A stretch of DNA of 62,791 nucleotides, the filler included, from Rhabdomonas costata (Eukaryota): assembly GCA_019059605.1 (NCBI GenBank). It is 23 parts of 23 records of this genome, joined end to end, with 100 filler letters (N's around TTAATTAATTAA, not from the genome) between each part and the next. Parts side by side here need not be neighbours in the genome. Positions count along the whole stretch, not along the records: positions 24,628 to 27,260 come from JAHMHO010002538.1; positions 27,361 to 29,993 come from JAHMHO010002539.1; positions 30,094 to 32,725 come from JAHMHO010002540.1; positions 32,826 to 35,457 come from JAHMHO010002541.1; positions 35,558 to 38,206 come from JAHMHO010002542.1; 18 more parts are not named here. One strand, given 5' to 3'. This document shows, one piece after another, positions 24,636 through 37,116 of the stretch. The notes under the pieces were generated by a model that searched no databases, was not told the DNA's origin, and was given only the letters and a program-made list of their open reading frames with translations. A program made the translations under genes and the position numbers. The stretch's first letter is position 1; every line of letters starts with the position of its first letter.

Positions 24636-27183
24636 GTGGTTTTCTCCTTGGGCGAAGCAAAACCTGAAATAAGCGAAGAGTCTGCCGCTTTGGAGGACTC
24701 CAGAAGAAGGGAATTGCAACTTTGCGAGGAAATCGAGTCTGAAAAATCCCGCTCGAGAGCCTTCCTAGAGGTGTTTGTTCTTTTCCCCTCTGCTCTCTCT
24801 TTTACAGCTGCACTTGAACTTTGCTGCACGGCTTGTCGTTTCGGGGACATTGGGGAAGTTGGGGGGCCCTCCAAACAAACAAACAAACAAAGGTGCTTTC
24901 GAGCCGTCGCGTTCTCTCGCGCCTCGCGCCATCGAGTCCCGTGCGTGTCATCATGTGACGTCGCGCGTGCCAGTCACCGTCGCGCGTGTTTAGTGTCTGG
25001 TTGGCATCCCAGGTTGGTGGTTGAGTCCTGCAACATTCAGCGGAGCTAGAACTCGACCTGCCATATGAATGCACATGTGGATCTCCATCCCGGAGCCCGG
25101 AGTTCCTTCCACTCCGGTCGGAGAGTGGGGCGCCCACAATCCCGCCTCGGTTGTGGGGACTCCTCCCGGGCTGTTCCAAGCAGCGTCCAGCCGGAAGGGC
25201 TTCTTGGGTGACTTTCTCTGCACGCTTCGCCCAGGTTACAGTGCTTCGAGCTCGGGACCGTAAGAGAACCGAGGAAATTCACAGCAACTCGACTCGCAGT
25301 GCTTTTGAAACCAACTATTGGGCGTTGGGCGTGTATGATGCGAGGCAGGGTCCAAGAGGACCCCAGCAGCACTAACCTTGGGCGCTTGGTATTAAGGAAT
25401 CATTACCGGTCCACTTTGCGAGGATCCCAACGACTTGTAGACCGCGTCACCGTTCACTTTACAGGAAAGGGTTCTTGACGTTCGGCCACCGGCCATATCG
25501 ATCCTGAGCATGCTCAGGAATTAGGTTAATCACATAAAGGTCCCGCATGGTATGAAAAAAACCAGAAGGAAGGCCCCTTTCACACCATGGCGACAGATTG
25601 CGTACGATGGTGGCAAGGTAAAACCTGCAACCCGAAAGGATAAACTGATCTGGGCCCTGGTTGTGTCAGTGCAAACTTCACATGCTGAGACACCCTCACC
25701 TGTGAGCCTTCTTTTGACGCTTCAAGGTAAAATGGCTAGGTTTCTTTTCTGGCACGAGAGAGTTACCTCTTCGCGCAAAAGTGTTCGGTTGTTTCATAAT
25801 CCGAAGCATGAATACCTCATGGTGCCCTTCATCTCTAGCGGTTGCTCTTTCGTCTCCTGCAAGATTAGAAAAAACAACATCATAAGTGAAACAATTCTGC
25901 ACGCGAAATTCATGTTTTGGGGGCTTTTAGAAGGTGGTCTTCAAGGTCTTCAAGGTGCATTGTGAGGGTCACGTACAGGAGAATAGGAAAGTATCTCGTC
26001 TATTTTGACTTTCTCTTTCTTTGCCTTTTCTTTTCGTAGGAACGCGAGGCTGCTTTTCGAGCACAGCTTGAAGAAGCTGCCTTGGGGACGAAAGGAAAAG
26101 TGGATGCCCTCGCTGCTGAGTTGGAAACGCTGCGTGTGAAGCACGCGCATGAGCTCATTAGTTTGCAACAAGAGTTGGAGAATGCTCATCAACTGGCAAG
26201 TTCCCTTTTGATTTTGGCAATTGCCTCTTCACCGCATTAGCTTTCTCGTCTTCAGTTGTATTTTTTCAGGTGCAAGAATTGAATGCCCAGCTGCTTGTGG
26301 CGTCGGAAATCCAAAAGGAAGGTGCAGTTGAAAAGGCGCATTTAAATGAGCTGCTCAAAGCGTCCGAATGCCGGGTATTTCCTTTTTTTTTGAAGACGTC
26401 ATGAAACCGCAACAACAAGGGTTTATTGATCTTGGGTGCTTCACGCTTCAGCATGGGTGAAAATGTTGAATTCCAATGGAGCATGGTCACTGGGGAGGAG
26501 GACGGCTGAGAGTGGCAAAGATGAACCTTTCTTGTGGTTTCTTGCGGTTTCAAAAAAAAAAAGACGAAATTTTGTGGGCACACATTTTTGAGCCTGCATC
26601 CTTGAAGGAGTTTTGGTTTTTGTGCATCGTGTTCGTCTTCAGGCGGAAGCACTTGAGCTTCGAAAGAAAAAAGCTGAATCGGATTTAGCTTCTGCCGAAG
26701 GTGAGCTGAGTGGCATTCGTTCGACACTTCAGGTTGCTTCTTTGTTGTTGTTTTTTGTGCTGTTTGTTGGTAAGTCTTGTGTGTGCTTTGTTGAGTGCCT
26801 CGTTTTGATCCTTGATTGGTATTTCGTTGGTGTGCGTTGGTGCCCGCGCCTGCGGGTTGACGGGTCCCCGCTGATGATTCGTACAGGTCCGGAATCCCGC
26901 AGAGTAGGATATCGGGATTGCTGGAAGACTGTAGGGAAGCACAAAATTGGAATTCATGGGGACGTGTTTAATGAAACCCAAAACCGAACTAAAGCCATTT
27001 TTGCGTTCTGGTTTGGTATTTTTGTTGCTTCCTCACATTCCGTTTGTTCAGGAATACAAGTTGAAGTACGTTATTGCCGAGGACACCGAAGCAGCATTTC
27101 TGAGGAGGCAGAACGCTGAGCTTGAAGCCGAACTCAGGAGACAGGAGATAAGAATCCGGCAGCTTCAGCAAGAAAAAACTCGG
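24636..27183 (+). CDS. Coiled-coil protein, internal fragment
   Basis: Phase-0 exons: one ending at 24770, then 26040-26195, 26270-26374, 26643-26732 and 27052-27183. All encode E/L/A/Q/K-rich heptads. Confidence 0.8.
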
Positions 27184-27260
27184 GTGACTGTGTTGCGTTC
27201 CGGCAATAACGTACTTCAACTTGTATTCCTGAACAAACGGAATGTGAGGAACCAACAAAA
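27020..27260. repeat. 60-bp inverted duplication at contig end (fold-back chimera)
   Basis: 27201-27260 is the reverse complement of 27020-27079 with one mismatch near the contig end. Confidence 0.95.
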
Positions 27261-30200
27261 NNNNNNNNNNNNNNNNNNNNNNNNNNNNNNNNNNNNNNNN
27301 NNNNTTAATTAATTAANNNNNNNNNNNNNNNNNNNNNNNNNNNNNNNNNNNNNNNNNNNNTTTTGTTTGTGCCCGTTCTTTGGTGGACCTTTTCCCGGCG
27401 TTGCCGTTTGGAAAGTCTGTAATTCTTTTTCCCCGTTTTGTCCTTCTATCCTCCCTTTCTTGCCTTTCTGAACATTGCCCTTTTTATGGCTTTGGAAAAT
27501 TAGACCCGCCTGGATATTCTGCTTTGTTTTTTGCCGCCCGTGAGGTTTCGATCCGATTGTTTTTATTCAGTGCTTCAGCGGTGCTTTCATTTGTTTTCGT
27601 GGATCCGCGTTTTAGCTTCCATAGGGATCTACCTTTCCCTTCGTGTTTCTTGTCCCTTCTTGTTCCCTGTCTCCTGTCAACATATTATGCTTATCCCTTC
27701 GTGTTTTGGCCCCGGTTCGGTTGTGGTGGCATTCGGCGCCGGGAATCCGCTCCCGGGAATTGCCGTCAGAAGGAAAAATCTTTCAGGCTGAGCGTGCTGC
27801 GTCATGCTCAACCCTTTCGTCCGCGCCAGACAATCCAAAGGAAACCGAAAAAGCAGCAAGAAAAGCACGAAAAAAAACACGCGCGGAAACGACACAAGGC
27901 TCTGAAATAGTAACAAAGACCCTGAAAGGGCATATATGTAGGAGGAAAAGGCTCTTAACATATCGTAACTCTTAACTTAAAGACTGTGTTGTTCAGAGAA
28001 GGAAATTTTTGTTTCGGAAAAGGGTTCAAAAGTAGGTTTACAGAGTTTGGCCGTATGTATACCTTACCCGGGTGGTCCCCCCCCCCTTGTGTTGCAGCCG
28101 GCGCGGTTCTTCTGTTGCTGCTTCTGCTGCTGTACCCCAGGGGGGGGGGGGCGAAGTCCACCGCTTGCCTTGCGAAGGATTCTCCGCGGCGCTGCTAATG
28201 CCGTACAAGAATGGAGACCAATGGAAGCCCTTCCCACATCTCTTAGACATCACTTGTTTTCTTGGGCCCGCTTATGGATCAGTGTGATATTGCCAACCAT
28301 TCTCGGCATTGGCGCGGCGACAGCCCCCTCTCCACCACCACCCTCGCCCCTTATCGTCTGCCGTGAAATCTCCAAAATTATCTTTTTCCGACCGGACGTG
28401 TTGGGCTGGGCCGCGGACTGTAGCGCTTCAGGGGTTCCTCGGCTTCTGGTTTCTTGGGCTTGGTTCGTCTCCTTCCGATACCCACTACGCGATCGCGGCG
28501 GCCAGTACCGAGGGAACGTCCCTTATTCCTTTCTGGCTTTCGCTCGGGCTTCTACCCTATTATTGAGTAGACTGACGGCCCCGGTGGCCACGAGCATCCC
28601 ATATGGTTCGACTAAACGGGGGCAATGCGTACGCCGACAGCCGGAACCAAGCTTGTTTGGATACCCGTCGGGCCCCTACCCCAACACACACACCCCAACA
28701 CCAAAACACACGCCGCCATAACGGCCGCGTACCCATGGTAATTCCCCAGTTTAGTACAGTTACCCGGATCTCCCACCCTCCGCGGCACACAGGTCAGACC
28801 TTACCATCCGGGCAATCCGGGCGGAGCTGTCAACCGCGTTAAAAAAAAAGAAACGCACCCGTGAGAGCTTCCCACCTATTGGGACCTACTTAACAGACTA
28901 TTCGTTTGTTCGATGCTGAGATGCACCATCAAGCGCTACCTCGGGGGCCGGGTTCGCACCAATATTGGTGGTTTTTTGTGCTTGGCGATGTCTGTGGGTG
29001 TTTTGGTCCACCTCGTCCACAGTGCTCCCAAGTCGCGCGGTTCCCAGGGAGCACAAGGTGTTCCCTCTGCTACAAAGCCGAAATATTCACACGAGCAAAA
29101 CTGAATGTGTCGCGGGGACAAGGAGAGTGATGGGAATCTCTGTCACCCATACATCCACCATATCCACCGAAGAGCTGGAACTGCCTCCCCACTAACGAGG
29201 AGATGGTGGCAGCAAAGGTGGTAAAAAGCAGTCACGTGATGAGGCGGTGCATAGCGATTGCCTTTCTTCCAGGGAGACTTCATTCACGCCCATCACACGA
29301 CATGTTCATAGCAACCCCCCCAAAAAAAAAACACGACAGAAAAATGAGGGTAAACAGCACCAGAGGAAAAGAAGTTCTGATTCTGGGTACACTCGTCACG
29401 GTACACGCGCCCATTGGAGCGGCGGACGGACAACAAAAAGGTCGCAAAGAAGGCTAGAGCGTGCCTGCAATGTTCTATTTCTCAAATGCACATCCATTCA
29501 ATGCCATGTCTTCGCAAGACGAAATCGATTCATTCCATTTCAATTCATTTCTGTTACTCGACTGCCCCCGAAATAGGGAGAGAGAGAGGGGGGGGCAGCT
29601 GAAAGACACAGCAGAAGACAAGTGAACGAGGGCACTGAAGACGAAAGCAAAAAAAGGTCATGTACCTGCAGTTGCAGCACTGCGTGTTGAGGCTGAGTGC
29701 AAATCACCCGCAGTACAGAGAAAGGAAAGAAAGAAAGAAGAAGCACTGGATGCCCAAAACATCTGGAAGGCGACGGGAAGGTGCGGCAGAAGACTGCAGC
29801 AGCTGCCCCTGCTCACTTAGCATAAAGCGCAGAAGTAGAAAATAGCCAGGAGACACCTTGACACGGCAGAAAACGGAGATGGCTGAGACCGGTCTCAGTC
29901 ATCCAGTCATGCAGCCACAAGCTATGGACCTTGCTGCTGAGAACTGCGGTTTTGTGCGCGCGGAACCGCGTGAGCCCAGCTTCCACACCACACNNNNNNN
30001 NNNNNNNNNNNNNNNNNNNNNNNNNNNNNNNNNNNNNTTAATTAATTAANNNNNNNNNNNNNNNNNNNNNNNNNNNNNNNNNNNNNNNNNNNNTGTTGGT
30101 GTGTTACCACTGGCCATTGGTGCAATGGCAGAAGAGGGAGCTGTGTACGTGGCGGTAAATTTTTGGGTGGTGGCAGTGGTGCATTGCGCGCTGGCTGGCT

Positions 30201-32029
30201 GGTGTGTGTGTGTGTGTGTGTCTGTGGAAAGGAGGTTTGTCGCTGCAACGAGAAGAAGTCCCTTCTGCCGCTTTCCCTTGCTTCATAAGTGATGGAGTCA
30301 GGCAATACACCCCAATACACCGAAGTTCCGTGAAAGGACAAGTAGGAATCAGAGAGAAAGAGAGATCATACGAAGGCTGACAGCACTCCACATGCAGCAG
30401 CCGATGAGAAGCAACGCCACCAACTGCGGTGACCCATGGCTGGAAAGTCCGGTCATTTTCGGAAAGGAGGATATGTGGCTGAAGTGACTCTTGCCCAAGA
30501 GGGAGAGGGAGAGGGGGCCAGTTGTCAATGCGTGGCTGCTAACACAGAACCCCCCCCCCCCCGAGAAGAAGCGGACGTTAGAAGGGGCCATTTTCGTGGG
30601 AAAGAAAAGACATGCAATTATATTGCGAGTGTTACAAAGTGCAAGTGAATGATCGCCTGACATTTCCAATGCTTCGACGTGTGGGTCGGCTGCCATAAAT
30701 TGGGGTTGCCGCACTTTCAAAAGAAGCACTGTACGCACACAACAGCATTGCTCGTCTGCAGAAGCCTGGCCATCCACCCAACTCAGCGAAAATTAAGCTT
30801 AAGCGAACATTTTAGAAAAATGGAAGAACCCGTCACCCAGACTTTATCCGCCTTGCTCACAGAACATAACGGGATGCCCATAAAAGTACCACAAAGGATG
30901 ACACCTACAATCTTCCACTGTCGCTGTCGCGCTCACCCAGCATTGTATTTTTGCACTTACTTGAGCATTCTGCACATGACACTGCCTCTCTTTCACGCTC
31001 ACACATTTTCATGGGCACCTTGGTTGGTTCATTTTGCTTAACGCTTACCCCCCCAAAATGAAAGCACTCCATGCGGTCCAGTAAAGTCAAAATCTGCTTG
31101 CATGGTCACCAAGAAATGTACAGAACTGACGTTTAGCTGACGCGAAGCTGTGATAGAGAATATACAATCTAGCGAACATAAGGGGCTTCTCACGAAGACC
31201 CTCACGATGCTGTACAGCAGAGCAAACACCTATGTACAGTGCCTCAGGCGGAAATGCCTCTCAGGGGACCCCAACGGGGTATCCTCCACTGTGGGGCTCC
31301 GTCCCAAGGCCAGCAGCAGACCCTGTCGACCCTCCAAAAGTCCCAGAGTACCCCCCAGTGTGAATAGCAGTCAAGGGCGGCAGTGTACCAAGCCCACTGC
31401 GGTCCGCTGCTAAGGGCGCGAGAGGGTCGGAGTCGGAATGCGGTGGTGCAAGGATTTCGGAGAGCTGTTGACTCCACCATTCCCACCGGGCCCACTCCGG
31501 GCGCGGACGAAGAGAGCCCTCCGCTACGGATGAGGACAGTGCCCCGTACCACCGCCGAAGTTGCAGGGCCCCTCGGGCAGTCCAAAGCCGAAGCAGTCGC
31601 CACAGCGCTCGAGAGGCCATCAGCAGAGAGGCTAACAACTCGGGCTGCGAGAGGGATTCCCAAAAGGGAACCATATCATCGACATGACGCAAAGGAAGGA
31701 AGGAGGATGAAATTCGAAAAATCACAATGCATCGACGCACAGCAAACACAGAGCCAACTTCGCAAGTCGTGAGCGTACATTCGAGAAGCAAATGGTGACA
31801 GAAATAGAGCACGGATATTTGCTCTCGCCTTCTCTGATTAGCACTACAGGTAACCGGGGGAAGTTTCTAAAGAGCATGGAAACTGAAGTCACCTTAGTAA
31901 AACTGACTGGAACAATACACACTGTGCCATGTATGCGGTTGGCTTTAACCCACCCCACAAGTCCAACTGACACCCATTACAATTACCACCAATCCTATCA
32001 CAAAAAAAAAAAATTAAGAGCAGGTCCAC

Positions 32030-32137
32030 CTCTGCACTGCGCAGGTCCCGCAGCTGCTGCTCCTTGTCCTCGAGCTTCCTCAAGGCCCCGCGCAGCTCGT
32101 TCTGCAGCTGCCTGGCCTCTTCCGTGTGCCTGGACTC
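32030..32137 (-). CDS. Coiled-coil exon of hypothetical protein
   Basis: AG/GT-flanked 108-nt exon ESRHTEEARQLQNELRGALRKLEDKEQQLRDLRSAE. Further GC-rich exon(s) are likely near 31250-31650. Confidence 0.65.
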
Positions 32138-35099
32138 CTGCGGGCGAAACGACGATGGGTAGCTGAGGGCAGGAAGAGTGGTCAGCCTAGGCTATCTTGC
32201 GGGTCTTTAGCATTTCTGGAGGGGTAAGAAGCGCCATGAGATAAGCAGCCAGCGAAGGATTGAAAACACCGTCCGTGAGACTATCTGTCATTTGCTTGAT
32301 CTCTGAAAGAGGAGAGACCGATTTCTGCCATCGCTACCACCGGCTGAGAATGAAAGGTCAAGAAACCCCAAGGAACGGCCACCCAGCGTTTCGGGAGACC
32401 ACTGTACAGAGAAAAGACCCCGGGCCTGCTTCGGCTTTACCCTCATAAGAACGCATCTGTTCTCCGGCACTGATGAAGAACTCTACCATTTCTGACTTTT
32501 TTTGTTGTCGGGGGGGGGGCTTCTATTTTTTTTTTTTTCGCGAAAGTGGTCCATCGGCATGTGCCAAAGCACGCCAACAATAATTGGTCGCGTTGCTTCC
32601 ACACGGACATGAGCGTAGGTAAAACTGCTGTCGCAGGCAGTTTGCTCACTGATGTCGCAACTGCACAGGAAGCGATTTCGTTCTGTTCCAAAATTCTCTC
32701 AGATGTTCATATTTGACACACAACCNNNNNNNNNNNNNNNNNNNNNNNNNNNNNNNNNNNNNNNNNNNNTTAATTAATTAANNNNNNNNNNNNNNNNNNN
32801 NNNNNNNNNNNNNNNNNNNNNNNNNGGGTTTGTTGGTCACACGTGCGGGGAGAGGGCCGGGTCTTAAGGTGGCAGAAGGGAAGATACAAGGCAATTTGAA
32901 GGGGCCTTCAAATTAGGGGAAATCACGATCGATGCTTTTGAAAGACTCGGAGCAGAAGTTTCCCGGGGTCTGCGGGTCCTCTCTTGCCCTCTTGCATTCA
33001 ATTCAAGTGTCGACTCAGAAGGAGAAGGAAAAGTAAATACACTTGATCTTGGGTTGGGGGCCTGCGGCATGACTGCATTCCAGTTTCCCTTCCCTTCTAG
33101 GTCGGTTCCAAACATTGCTTCTACGTACATACATAGGGGAATATAAGGCAAGAACCAGGGCCATTTCTACAGGCAACCTGTTGCTTCAAGAGACATTTGC
33201 CGGCGCACCGGTCTCTTTTCTGGTGCACCTAACAAAAGCTATGAGCACTCCGAGGATACTCCATATCTTTGCATACGGGACGTAACGCATTGCACTACTA
33301 ATGCGGTCCTCGGCCTGAAAGGGCAAACCCATCTAGGTCTCCAAAGCCCTTGCTTTTTATGTTTTTATTGACCATTGACACGCCGGACGGAAGAAAACGG
33401 AAGAAACGGAAGGGCAGTGTGCGCATCACCTCAGCAGAGGTTCATGGGTGGAAGAGGGCTGAGCATGGGTTGGAGACCGAGGGGAGGGGTACAGGTTGGG
33501 AGTATTTTCCAACGTAGAACGCAGAGGACATAGCATTCAGCGCTGGAGGACAATGCCCTACTCGGTAAACCAAGAGACAGTGTTCAGTACAAAATGACTC
33601 ACTGAGTCAATTTGCAAAGATCCAGCGTGAAAGGCGCGGAATCGCACAAAAGGGAGAGGGAGTAGGAAGACTAGTCGTTTCGGAGACATGTTGCGCAGCG
33701 GCGCCTCGCTCCCTGATGGATGCCGTGATGCAAGGGGACGACAAACCGGGCACACAAACGAAAAGCGCAAAAGTAGACAACGGAAACGCAGGGATGGGAG
33801 GGGTGCGTCGCACAAGCAAAAACAAGCAGGCACAGAGCGAGAGAAGCAGCAGGTGGGAATGAAAGGGAGGAAGATCGCCGCAGTGGTGGCTGTGCGTCTT
33901 CTGAGACGCGGAATGGGTGGCCAGTGGGGAGAGAAAAAGGGAAGGCACGCACCATCACCCCATTAAAGGACCAGTTCTGAAAGGTACACCACATCGAAGA
34001 TGACTTTTCCTATCCATCTCCACCCTATTCCAATAGCTGACGGGAATCCATCCCCTTCCATGAAGTAATTGTTTGGTCAGAACGAACGCATGTGGAAGAG
34101 TGCAGACCAAACAGAACTGGAAAACCACAGTCTTCCAACGCACAGACACAGGGGCTTTGAGTGCGCGTCTGCGGACTTCCCACTGCCCATTAATGTTTTC
34201 AAAGGTTGTTCACACCACTGCGGGGCAGCGGGGAATGCGGACAGAAGAGGCTGATCTTCAACCACGGAATGCATCCAGAGTAGAGACAAAGAAGAAAATT
34301 GAAAGGTAGGGACATAAAGATGACAGAGGAAAGATTCAGAATAGAAACCCCCACCCCCACTTACACCCCAGCAGGAAGCTCACAGACGCGATAGTGTGAA
34401 GAAAGGCAAGTGGACAAGGCAAAACCACTACTACTGGAGATATGAACTTCTTGTTGAGGGGGGGGGGGATGCAGTAAGAACACCGTGGTGGCGGTGGTGG
34501 TGGCGGCGGCAATTGCAGAAGACGTGCTGATGGAGCAGAGGGAAGAGTAGGGGGACAGCTCATGTCATCCAAGAATCCCAAAACGCCGGGCACGCTCTAC
34601 ACAGTGCGACCAAAACACAAACACACACAACCCAAACAAAAGGGAAAAAAGCTCGAGAGTGGTAAGCACACTAAAAATTCCAGTACAGTGCCAACGTTCA
34701 CAGAAGACCAATAAATTTGTAAACGGAACCGTCAGGAGCAAGCACTTCACAATAGTAGTGCAAGAAGTTGATGTTGGGGGCGCGGTGTGGGTTTGGGTGC
34801 GCTGACCCAGCTGACGGGACTGGTGGTGGTAAGTACCACGAGTAGTCGCGGGTCGCCAGCATGAGTCACAGGCTGATATCACCTGCAGAGCAAACCAAAA
34901 AAAGAATCATATGCATTTCAACCAGGGGCCGCTTCCCCCAACACACGGACATTGAAAATCATGGATCGCAAAAGCCAATTCCATTTCCGAAAGACCACAC
35001 CCTCCCGCTCCGGCAGCGCTCAACTGACCTCAGCATTATCGACCGCTGACCCGGTGAAAGAGTTATTGGCAAGAGGACGGATACAAAATGGGAAATGAA

Positions 35100-35398
35100 C
35101 CTGGAGCACAGGCCCTTTCCAGCGAAGGGGGATCTGCAGGCACCCCTCTGTCGCGGTCTCCGTTTCCTCCGTTTTCGTCACCCTCGAGGGCGCACCCGGG
35201 CAGCCCGAAGCAGGAGGAGGGCAGGCTGTCGCCTCGAGGAGCACTGACCATGGGCGCCATCAGCTCCCCTACGGAGCTCAGCTCGGACAAAGGGCTGAGC
35301 ATTGCTGCACTCACGGCAGGGGAATCCACCGTAATCTGCACGCCCCACGCAGGGGGAAAAACAACCCTCCGCGCGGTCAGCAACAATATGAGGTACAT
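35100..35398 (-). CDS. Probable exon of hypothetical protein
   Basis: GC-rich open frame (ITVDSPAVSAAMLSPLSELSSVGELMAP...). Boundaries approximate. Confidence 0.4.
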
Positions 35399-36149
35399 GC
35401 AAGGCCATACAGAACTTCCCGTTCTTTTGTCAAAAAATCTATCCTATAACCCAAAAANNNNNNNNNNNNNNNNNNNNNNNNNNNNNNNNNNNNNNNNNNN
35501 NTTAATTAATTAANNNNNNNNNNNNNNNNNNNNNNNNNNNNNNNNNNNNNNNNNNNNTTGGGTGATGTCCTCCTCTTCCGCTTCGCTCCTTCGGTCTCCT
35601 TCACCCTGCTGACCATCTCTTTTGTGATTTTGCATGGTCCCCTTTGTGGACCTGCTGGGGGGCGAACGGGCGAACGGGGCGCCAACCCGTCGCCGGGGCA
35701 GTTGTTCTTGGTCCGTGCTCGGTGCTTGGTGCTGGGTGTTGAGTGCCTGTGCTTGATATGCGGGTACGGAATGACATGCAAGGTCGGAGCTTGGCTTCAG
35801 CTTCACGCTTTTGCAGCGGTCATCGAAGCGTGCCTCGCACCTGGGGGTAAAAAAAGGTGTCCTATTCCTAAGAAACTAAAGCCCGGTCAGCGGGGGCGTC
35901 GTCGAACTCGTCGTAGCGGAAGCTCTTCATTCTCCGTATCCTTCTGATAGAATACTGGTTCGGGCCACACCTCCCAAGAGGGGGCTCCGTCGCCAGCGGG
36001 AAAGTGTAAGTGAGGTGAATCTTTGCAACTGCCACGCACCCAGATCGCTACTTTCGCACTTCGTGATCCCCTGAATGCAACTGATGTTTTGTACAAAGAC
36101 GCAAAGCCCGCGCTGAACCTTCCCTTATGGAATCTTTTCAAAACCTAAG

Positions 36150-36764
36150 CTGTCACGAATCAAATGCTACGGCAAACGTGACACCTAACTGTCCTGCGCC
36201 GTTATGCCTTCCCCTTCCCGTGGTGATCCCGGGGGGGGAGAAAGCCGAGCTAAAGAGATTAGTGATAGCGGCGCCGACCCTATTTCATAACGCACCAGAG
36301 CACCCGAGGAAAGACCAAAAATGCATTGCACGCCTACCCCCTTCGCAAAAGCAGATGGGATTCTCATCCCTGACCAAGGGAGACCCCAGGTTTCCTCGCA
36401 CGCCGGACTTCGGACCAAGTCGAAGCCGTACCGGTCTTAAGAAAGTCACGCTCTTCGGGACACCCATGGTAAGCCGGGACAGCGCCCACTTTGCGAAAGC
36501 ATAGTCGGGACACGGCTGCTGAACACCGAGCCCAGTGGAACAAGCGGCAGACGTAAGTGGTGACACTCTCCTTGTGCTGTTGTGCCTCTTCCTGGGGTTA
36601 TTTTGCACCATCTGTCCGCGACCAGACCTTGTGGGTCTGAGAGTGCTGAAAAAGCAATTAGTGGTACCATACCAGGTGGTATAAAATGGAATCATATTGT
36701 CATATTTTGGACTCACCGATGAGAAAGAAAAGCCCAGGTGACTGTATCCAAGACCACAGAACAT
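36150..36764 (-). mobile_element. Possible decayed LINE C-terminal region (post-RT, Zn-knuckle)
   Basis: One frame gives GLGVQQP...W, then PICFCEGGRRAMHFWSFLGCSGAL*NRV and GRHN. This resembles the LINE GGLG motif, C/H knuckle and following ALW..V. Contains stops; by-eye only. Confidence 0.28.
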
Positions 36765-37116
36765 GCACTACACGGTAAGTTCTGCACAAGAGTAACTTTA
36801 CATACATAACGCCATGGATGGAAAGGCGGTGGCAAGGAAGGCAGCTTATCAAGCACGCGGAGGGCTGCATCTGACAGACATCTCATAGACTGCCTCTGTA
36901 TTGCCTTTCCCCCCTCAATTCAGCTCCTCATGTGCTTTGCATACTAGCGCGGAAATGCTGGGATTGCCAATCGGAGGCACGCGGGTTCCGTCCCTCCCTG
37001 GCTTATCGCTTCCAACCGGGCGCCTTATAACGAGCATGCATGTCACACAAGATGCAACCCACTAGCCCCCGATGAGGCTACTCCAGGAGCAGTGCCAGGG
37101 TCTTAAACCGAGCCAC

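Noticed and set aside
32864-33150. 10-bp hairpin (32893-32914) and an RT-like phrase DAFERLGAEV
   Set aside because: No YxDD or other supporting motif.
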